In this document: in pieces, positions 57,778 to 64,000 of the stretch
Layout of the letters: each line of letters begins with the position of its first letter
How positions within the stretch are numbered: the first letter of the stretch is position 1
Assembly: GCA_963833095.1 (NCBI GenBank)
Contig: CAWHWQ010000001.1
Span: forward strand, 160,001-224,000
Length of the DNA stretch: 64,000 nt
Direction: 5' to 3'
From: Vulcanimicrobiota bacterium
GTDB taxonomy: Bacteria; Vulcanimicrobiota; Vulcanimicrobiia; Vulcanimicrobiales; Vulcanimicrobiaceae
Made by a program: the position numbers and the translations under genes
The notes under the pieces: model-generated
Seen by the model: only the letters and a program-made list of their open reading frames with translations
Database searches by the model: none
Told to the model about the DNA's origin: nothing

Positions 57778-59361
57778 ATGCCCAAAACCTATGACGCAAT
57801 CGTGATCGGGGGCGGTCACAACGGCCTGGTAGCCGCATGTTACCTGGCGCGCGCGAAGCGCAGCGTGCTGGTCCTCGAACGCCGCCACCTAGTCGGCGGT
57901 GCGTGCGTGAGTGAGGAGACCTTCCCGGGATTCAAAGTCTCGACGGCTGCCTACGTCAATAGCCTGTTTCGCCCCGAGATCGTGCGCGATCTGGATTTGA
58001 AGCGCTATGGATTTGAAGCGATCGAGCGCGATCCCGCGTCCTTTACGCCGTTTGTTGATGGGCGCTACTTGATGCTCGGCCGCGGGCAAGCGCGCGACGT
58101 GGAGGAGATCGCGAAATTCAGCCGCCACGACGCCCAAGTCTACCCGCACTACGAAGCGATGCTGCAGCGTGTCGCTGCGGTGATAGAACCGACGCTCACT
58201 CAAATTCCGCCCGACGTGTTGCATCCCAATTTGGGCGACCTCATCCATCTCGGCGCAATGGCGCGGGCGATGCAAAAAATGGGTCCCAATATGAACGAAG
58301 CGATCGAGATGCTCAGCGGCGCGGCACGACCGATCCTCGATCGCTGGTTCGAAAGCGAAGAGCTCAAAGGAACGCTTGCGACCGATGCAATCATCGGTGC
58401 GTTTATGGCGCCGTCGATGCCGGGTACGGCGTACGTGCTCTTTCATCACGTGATGGGCGAAACGAACGGCAAGCGCGGCGTGTGGGCGTATATGCGCGGC
58501 GGCATGGGCGGACTGACGCAGGCGCTGGCGCGAGCGGCGATTGATCTCGGCGTCGAAATCAAGACCGAAGCCGAAGTCGTCAAGATCCTCACCAAGCGCA
58601 GCGTAGCGACGGGTGTAGCGCTGCGCAGCGGCGAGGAATACGCCGCAAAACAAATTGCCAGCGGGGTCGACATGCATCTCACGTTCGAACGGCTTCTCGA
58701 TCCGTCGACATTGCCACCGGCATTTCGCGAGGCCGTCGGGCGCATTGCGTACGACAGCGCCTCGGTCAAGATCAACGTAGCGCTCGAGCGTTTGCCGAGC
58801 TTCACCGCCCTTCCCGGCCACGAACCCGGGCCGCAGCATCACGGCACCGTGCACTTCTGTCCCGATCAGGATTTCATCGAGCGCGCGTACGATGATGCGA
58901 AATATGGTCAGCCGTCGAAAGAGCCGGTGGTCGAGTGCTGTCTACCTTCGTCACTCGATTCGACCGTCGCTCCGCCCGGGAAACATCTCATGTCGATGTT
59001 CGTGCAGTACGCGCCGTATGCGCTCAAAGACGGCCCGTGGACGCAAAGCGTCAAGGACGATTTCGCCGACCGCTGCTTTGCGATCGTGGAACGCTACGCG
59101 CCGGGCTTTACCTCGTCGGTGATCGACCGCCAGATTCTCAGCCCGGTTGATATCGAACAGATCTTCGGCTTGACCGGCGGGAACATTTTTCAGGGCACGA
59201 TGCCGCTGCACAATCTCTATGCTTTTCGGCCCGTACCCGGCTACGCAAACTACAAGACTCCAATCAAGCATCTTTATATGTGCGGATCGGCGGCGCATCC
59301 GGGCGGCGGCGTTATGGGCGCGCCGGGGTGGAATGCGGCGCGCGTCATGCTCAAGGAGTAA
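57778..59361 (+). CDS. FAD-dependent oxidoreductase, phytoene desaturase-like family
   Basis: IGGGHNGLVAA, ERRHLVGGA, GGMG, HPGGGVMGAPG. Confidence 0.9.
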   Translation: MPKTYDAIVIGGGHNGLVAACYLARAKRSVLVLERRHLVGGACVSEETFPGFKVSTAAYVNSLFRPEIVRDLDLKRYGFEAIERDPASFTPFVDGRYLMLGRGQARDVEEIAKFSRHDAQVYPHYEAMLQRVAAVIEPTLTQIPPDVLHPNLGDLIHLGAMARAMQKMGPNMNEAIEMLSGAARPILDRWFESEELKGTLATDAIIGAFMAPSMPGTAYVLFHHVMGETNGKRGVWAYMRGGMGGLTQALARAAIDLGVEIKTEAEVVKILTKRSVATGVALRSGEEYAAKQIASGVDMHLTFERLLDPSTLPPAFREAVGRIAYDSASVKINVALERLPSFTALPGHEPGPQHHGTVHFCPDQDFIERAYDDAKYGQPSKEPVVECCLPSSLDSTVAPPGKHLMSMFVQYAPYALKDGPWTQSVKDDFADRCFAIVERYAPGFTSSVIDRQILSPVDIEQIFGLTGGNIFQGTMPLHNLYAFRPVPGYANYKTPIKHLYMCGSAAHPGGGVMGAPGWNAARVMLKE

Positions 59362-59373
59362 CGGGAGGCGATC

Positions 59374-60168
59374 ATGCAATCGACGCTCACAACAATCGCA
59401 TTAGACGACGGCGCAACCACGACGCTGGAGAAATGGGGCGAACGCGGCCCGGTGATGCTCTGCGTGCACGGGATGACCAGCTCGCGCAAGGCGTGGTATC
59501 GACTCGCTCAACGGTTCTCCGATCGCTATCAAGTCGCGGCATACGATCAACGCGGTCATGGCGACAGCGCCGCGGTACGGGGCCCAATGACGCTCGATCG
59601 CGGCGTGGCGGATTTGCGCAACGTCGCGGCGGCGATCGGCGCCGATGTGCTGGTCGGTCATTCGTGGGGCGGTGCGCTGGTGGTGCGCGGTGGCCTCGAC
59701 TTAGCAGAGCGCGCGGTCGTAGCAATCGACCCGATGCTCGTGCAAGTCGGCGACACGTGGTACGCGGAGTTCATCGAAGACCTCGACGAAATGTTTTCTG
59801 CCAGCGGGCCGATTCGCGATGCGCGCGTTCGTGTTGACTACCAGCAATGGCATCCCGACGACATCACGGGAAAAATTCACGCGGTGCATTCGATGACCAC
59901 GGCTCCGATCGCGGGACTGCGCGATCAAAATCGCGATGGTACGTGGGATTTGCGTGGCGAAATTGCGATGTATTCGAAGCCCTTACTGCTCGTAATGGCC
60001 GGACGCGAGGGTTCGATCGTGCCCGACGCGGTGATGGCCGAGATCGACGCGCATCATTCGGCAAACGTCCGGATCGTGACGCTTGACGATCAAGGGCACA
60101 ATCTCCATCGCACCGATTTCGATCGCTTCGCAAACGCGATGGAAGACTTTTTGGCTTCGCTGCAATGA
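59374..60168 (+). CDS. Alpha/beta hydrolase
   Basis: VHG, DQRGHG, GHSWG nucleophile motif, GHNLH. Confidence 0.92.
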   Translation: MQSTLTTIALDDGATTTLEKWGERGPVMLCVHGMTSSRKAWYRLAQRFSDRYQVAAYDQRGHGDSAAVRGPMTLDRGVADLRNVAAAIGADVLVGHSWGGALVVRGGLDLAERAVVAIDPMLVQVGDTWYAEFIEDLDEMFSASGPIRDARVRVDYQQWHPDDITGKIHAVHSMTTAPIAGLRDQNRDGTWDLRGEIAMYSKPLLLVMAGREGSIVPDAVMAEIDAHHSANVRIVTLDDQGHNLHRTDFDRFANAMEDFLASLQ

Positions 60169-60220
60169 TCATCCAATCCGACAGGAGCGAAGGCCGGACC
60201 GTGGAAACGAGGGCCGTCAC

Positions 60221-60303
60221 GCCGGAGTCCCATAGCGGTCGATTGGGCGGGTTTTGTAAATCCGAGACGCAAGTCCACGTCGGTTCGAATCCGACCTCCG
60301 GCT
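60221..60303 (+). tRNA. tRNA-Thr(TGT) with an atypical long variable arm
   Basis: Acceptor GCCGGAG/CTCCGGC; anticodon arm CGGGT-TTTGTAA-ATCCG; variable region A-GAC-GCAA-GTC-CAC; T arm GTCGG-TTCGAAT-CCGAC; discriminator T. Confidence 0.85.
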
Positions 60304-60323
60304 CCGTTCGCTAGAAGGAACGC

Positions 60324-60671
60324 ATGCAACCGGTTAACCCCAAATGGCTCGACAGCGGACTGGTTCTGGTCTGCGAGCGCTGTTTCAAGGAACGCATTCC
60401 CGAGGAAGCGCCCGAGGTCGCAGAGCGCATCGGCGACTTCAATTTGCGCGACTGGTTGAAAGCCAAGCTCAAAGAGCACGACGAGTGGGGTCCCATTCGT
60501 GTCATTGCCACTACCTGTATGGACGTCTGCGCCAAAGGTAAAGTAACGGTTTGTTTGGATTCGAAAAATGGCGATCCGGCAAGCGTACTTATCGTCGATC
60601 CCGTCGAAGAACGCGAAAAACTTTACGCGACCATTGTCGAATCGATGGGCAAAAAGGCCCGATCCCAGTAA
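60324..60671 (+). CDS. Small Cys-containing protein, thioredoxin-like ferredoxin-type pattern
   Basis: VLVCERC ... RVIATTCMDVC..GKVTVC. Confidence 0.7.
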   Translation: MQPVNPKWLDSGLVLVCERCFKERIPEEAPEVAERIGDFNLRDWLKAKLKEHDEWGPIRVIATTCMDVCAKGKVTVCLDSKNGDPASVLIVDPVEEREKLYATIVESMGKKARSQ

Positions 60672-60767
60672 ACCCTCAGGCTCCCCGGACCGAACACTTA
60701 TAAAGCATTCCTTGGAGTGCGGGTGTGTTCCAATACTTCCGTCCACTATGGGCAGGGGGCTATTTTC

Positions 60768-62262
60768 GTGGGACTCCTCGTACGTTTCGGGCACGTAGCA
60801 ATCGCGACCGCGCTCCTTCTTCCTCTGATCTCCTGGGCGCCGGCAACTGCCGACGCCATTGTCCGCATCGGCGGATCGACCAACGACACTCCGGCACTCA
60901 CCAAGATTGCGGCAGCATATCAAGCCGCCCATCCCGGAACAACAATCGCCATTAAAGGATCGAGCTCGGGTGAGGGCATCGCCGCGCTACGGGCGCGCTC
61001 GCTCGACATCGCATGCTCGGACGTCGCCATCGACGATCCGGACCTCATCGATACCAAGCTCGGCGTCGTCGGTTTCGTTTTTGTAGTCGGCGGCGGTGCC
61101 GGCGTAACGAATCTAACCCGTGCGGATGTTCAAGGAATTTATTCGGGTAAATTTACCAACTGGAAGCAGGTCGGCGGAAATGACCTTCCGATCGTTCCAT
61201 TTAGCCGGCCGCTCGGCGTCGGGACGCGGTTCATTTTCGAAACGACCGTCGCAAAGACGCTCGTCGATATGAAGACCCTCCCCGACGCAACCGCAGTCGT
61301 GAACACGGTCGCCACGACGCCCGGCGCTATCGGCTACAGTTCGACGAACTATGTCGGCGACCATCAGAATCTCGTCGTGAATTACGAAGGCGTAGCACCG
61401 ACCGATGTCAATATCGTCAACCACATCTATAAATTCGCGACCGACGAGCATGCGTACACGCTCAAGGATGCGACGCCCGAGACCCGCGCGTTTCTCGCGT
61501 ACGTCGCAACGCAGCCGGCAATTCTAAAATCCTACGGCATTCTTACCGCTGCCGACGCATCGCCGGCGAAGGCGCTGCGTGTCGAAGGCACGCTCAATCA
61601 AGCGACGCCGCTGCAAAAGGCCGCAGCCGCCTATCAACTGGCGCATCCGGGGTCGCTCGTTGAAGTCAAGGCTACCAATTCGGGCCAAGGCATTGCCGCC
61701 TTGCGCAACGGCGATACCGACGTCGCCGCATCCGATATTTCGGTCGACTATCCCGAGTTCGTGGATTCTACCATCGGCGTACTCGGCGTCGCCGTTCTTG
61801 CGGGCCCGCACGCCGGCGTAAAAAACATCACCCGCGATCAGCTCGTTGCGATCTACTCGGGCAAGATCAAGAACTGGAAGGAGATCGGCGGGGAAGACCA
61901 GCCGATCGTCGTTTTTGGCCGCGCGATCGGCACCGGAACGCGCATGCTCTTCGAGACGAAGGTCGCCAAAGTCGAGATCCCGACGCAGGATCCGGTCAAT
62001 CCGCTCGAGCTCGTGCATGACGTTGCGACGACGCCCGGGGCCGTCGGCTACATTGCCACATCATTCGTAGCCAATCAGCCGGAGCTCGTGTTGACCTACA
62101 ACGGCGTCGCACCGACCCCCGGAAACATTCGTAGCCACAGCCTACGAATTCTCGACCGACGAACATCTTTACACGCGCAAGGGCGGCCCGGCTGCGGCAC
62201 GCGCCTTTGTGACCTTCGTCACCTCGCAACGCGAGACGCTCGCCTCGTCAGGAATCTACTAA
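60768..62262 (+). CDS. PstS-like substrate-binding protein with tandem duplicated domain (frameshift near the C-terminus)
   Basis: Signal peptide; two repeats of (S/N)SGxGIAAL..IYSGK..NW..GG..GTR..TTPGA(I/V)GY. Confidence 0.85.
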
Positions 62263-62290
62263 AGGAACCGGCAACCACGAGCGACCCGGG

Positions 62291-62325
62291 CTTAACCTTC
62301 TTAACTATTTTACCGATCTATTACA
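62291..62325 (+). promoter_or_regulatory. Possible Pho-box-like direct repeats
   Basis: CTTAACCT, CTTAACTA, TTTACC and ATTACA upstream of the second pstS-like gene; spacing irregular. Confidence 0.35.
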
Positions 62326-62356
62326 AAGCGGGACACCCCGCTCTAAGGAGTTCCAT

Positions 62357-63135
62357 ATGAGATTCAACGCTCCGAGCGCTGGCCACAATGCTTGCCGCAG
62401 CACTTCTCCCGGCCGCCCTTACTCTCCGGCCGGTGCCGACCAAGCCATCGAGGTCGGCGGAACGACGAATCTCGCTCCGCTCGTGACGAAGGCTGCCGCG
62501 GACTATCAGAGTTCGCACCCCGGCGTCACGATCACCGTCAAGGGCAGCAGCTCAGGCGCTGGAATTGCCGCGCTCAAAGATCACCAAATCGACATCGCGA
62601 TGTCCGACGTCGCGGTCAACGATGACGATCTCAGCGACACCGTGCTCGGCGTCGTTGGATTCGCTTTTGTCGTCAATCCCGACGTCGGCGTCAAAAATCT
62701 CACGCGTGACGAACTCATCGGAATCTTTGCAGGCAAAATTACAAACTGGAAAATGATCGGCGGAAACGACCGCAAGATCGTCATCATCGGCCGTCGAGAT
62801 CGGCACCGGCACGCGGTTTGTCTTCGAAGACAAGGTCGCCAAAACGATGATTCCGATCAAAATAGAGGCCAACGCGACCGCGGTCGCAAACCACCGTCGC
62901 GCAACCTCCGGTGCGCTCGGATATCTCGCAAGCGGTTTCCTCGGACGACCATCAAGACATGGTCGTCTCGTATAAAGGGGTCGAGCCGACGCCGGACAAC
63001 ATCCGCAACCGCCTGTATTCGTTTGCGACCGACGAGCATCTGTACACGACGAAGAACGCGAACGGCGCGATCACCGCGTTCATCCAATACGTGAAAGGCG
63101 ACAGCGCAGTCCTCAAAGAGAACGGCGTCTTTTAA
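62357..63135 (+). CDS. PstS-like substrate-binding protein, single domain (frameshifted)
   Basis: GSSSGAGIAAL, DIAMSD, IFAGKITNWKMIGG, YSFATDEHLYT. Confidence 0.85.
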
Positions 63136-63155
63136 AAAAACAATCGGCGAAAAGA

Positions 63156-63187
63156 AAAAGAGGCTCCCGACTGGGAGCCTCTTTTTC
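63156..63187. terminator. Bidirectional terminator between the pstS-like gene and sigH
   Basis: AAAAAGAGGCTCCC-GACT-GGGAGCCTCTTTTT. Confidence 0.85.
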
Positions 63188-63261
63188 TTGGCGCTATCTA
63201 CACGATGCGGATGAAGTTCCAAGCACACGATGTGCGCCCGGCCGTAGGCCGGTGGAATCGT

Positions 63262-63906
63262 CTATTGAAATTCGAATTCCGCGAGGTTCTTCTCAATCTT
63301 TCGCTTCACGCGCTGGAGCGCGTTATCGATCGATTTCACGTGGCGCTCAAGATCGCGCGCCATCTCCTGGTAGCTCTTGCCTTCGAGGTAGGATTCGAGC
63401 ACCTGAGATTCCAGCTCGGAGAGATTCTGCCGGATACGCTGACGGATGTCATCGGAGACTTCCTGGGTGACCACGAGTTCTTCGGGGTCGGAGGTCTTCT
63501 GCGAGGCCATCACATCGAGGAGCGTGCGTTCGCTGTCCTCATCGTAGATCGGCTTGTTGAGCGAAATGTACTGATTGAGCGGAATGTGTTTTTGACGAGT
63601 CGCGGTTTTAATCGCCGTGATGATCTGCCGCGTGATGCACAGCTCGGCGAACGCGCGAAAACTCGAGAGCTTGTCAGCCTTGAAATCGCGCACGGCTTTA
63701 TAGAGGCCGATCATACCTTCTTGGATGATGTCCTCGCGGTCCGCGCCGATTAGGAAATAGCTCTTGGCCTTAATCCTGACGAAGTTCTTGTATTTGTTCA
63801 GTAGGTATTCCATCGCCAGATTGTCGCCGATTTTGCGATGGCGACGAGATCTTCGTCTGGTCTCTCGCTGTATTCAACCATCCGTCACGGGATGGGTCAT
63901 AGCCAT
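63262..63906 (-). CDS. sigH: RNA polymerase sigma factor SigH (Spo0H-type; frameshift in the N-terminus)
   Basis: KYKNFVRIKAKSYFLIGADREDIIQEGMIGLYKA, SFRAFAELCITRQIITAIKTATRQKH, KSIDNALQRVKRK. Confidence 0.95.
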
Positions 63907-64000
63907 AGTTTTTGCCTTCGTTGGTCGATGCGCCGCAAAACGCGGGCCGGAGCCTCATCGGGCGCGGCACATCCACGTGATTATAGGAGGGGGTTCCCGC

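Noticed and set aside
1..64000. CRISPR array, prophage, integrase, transposase or rRNA
   Set aside because: No regularly spaced repeats or recognisable genes of these types were seen.

Overview
A high-GC bacterial chromosomal window with most genes on the minus strand. The Firmicutes-like flagellar gene order, SigH-type sigma factor and malonate/oxalate genes suggest a Terrabacteria soil lineage such as Ca. Eremiobacterota; this is inference and not verified. Left to right: (i) a flagellar cluster, transcribed fliF-fliG-fliH-fliI-fliJ-motE-like-[trpE-trpG]-fliK-flgD-TIGR02530-flgE-flbD-motA, with sigma-28-type promoters; (ii) purA, a recA-recX-response regulator-kinase-nuclease-like-hpt-GH125 gene string, and ftsY; (iii) a cheR-cheB-fliA-fliK2-flhB-C cluster; (iv) adjacent soluble and membrane pyrophosphatases; (v) the rpmG-tRNA-Trp-secE-nusG-rplK-rplA-rplJ-rplL block, split between rplA and rplJ by about 15 kb of malonate decarboxylase, oxalate/formyl-CoA and carbonic anhydrase genes; (vi) six tRNAs, PstS-like genes and sigH. 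Many genes in 1-12 kb, 26-32.5 kb and 62-64 kb carry indels, most likely long-read assembly errors. Best candidates for novelty: a roughly 250-nt multi-stem RNA inside the tRNA-Tyr/Gly/Thr operon, a tRNA-Thr(UGU) with a Tyr-like long variable arm, the organic-acid decarboxylation island (non-canonical ThDP enzyme, MdcG-MdcB fusion), a two-hairpin RNA before flgE, and three families of palindromic repeats. All calls are from reading the sequence by eye; no searches or folding programs were run.
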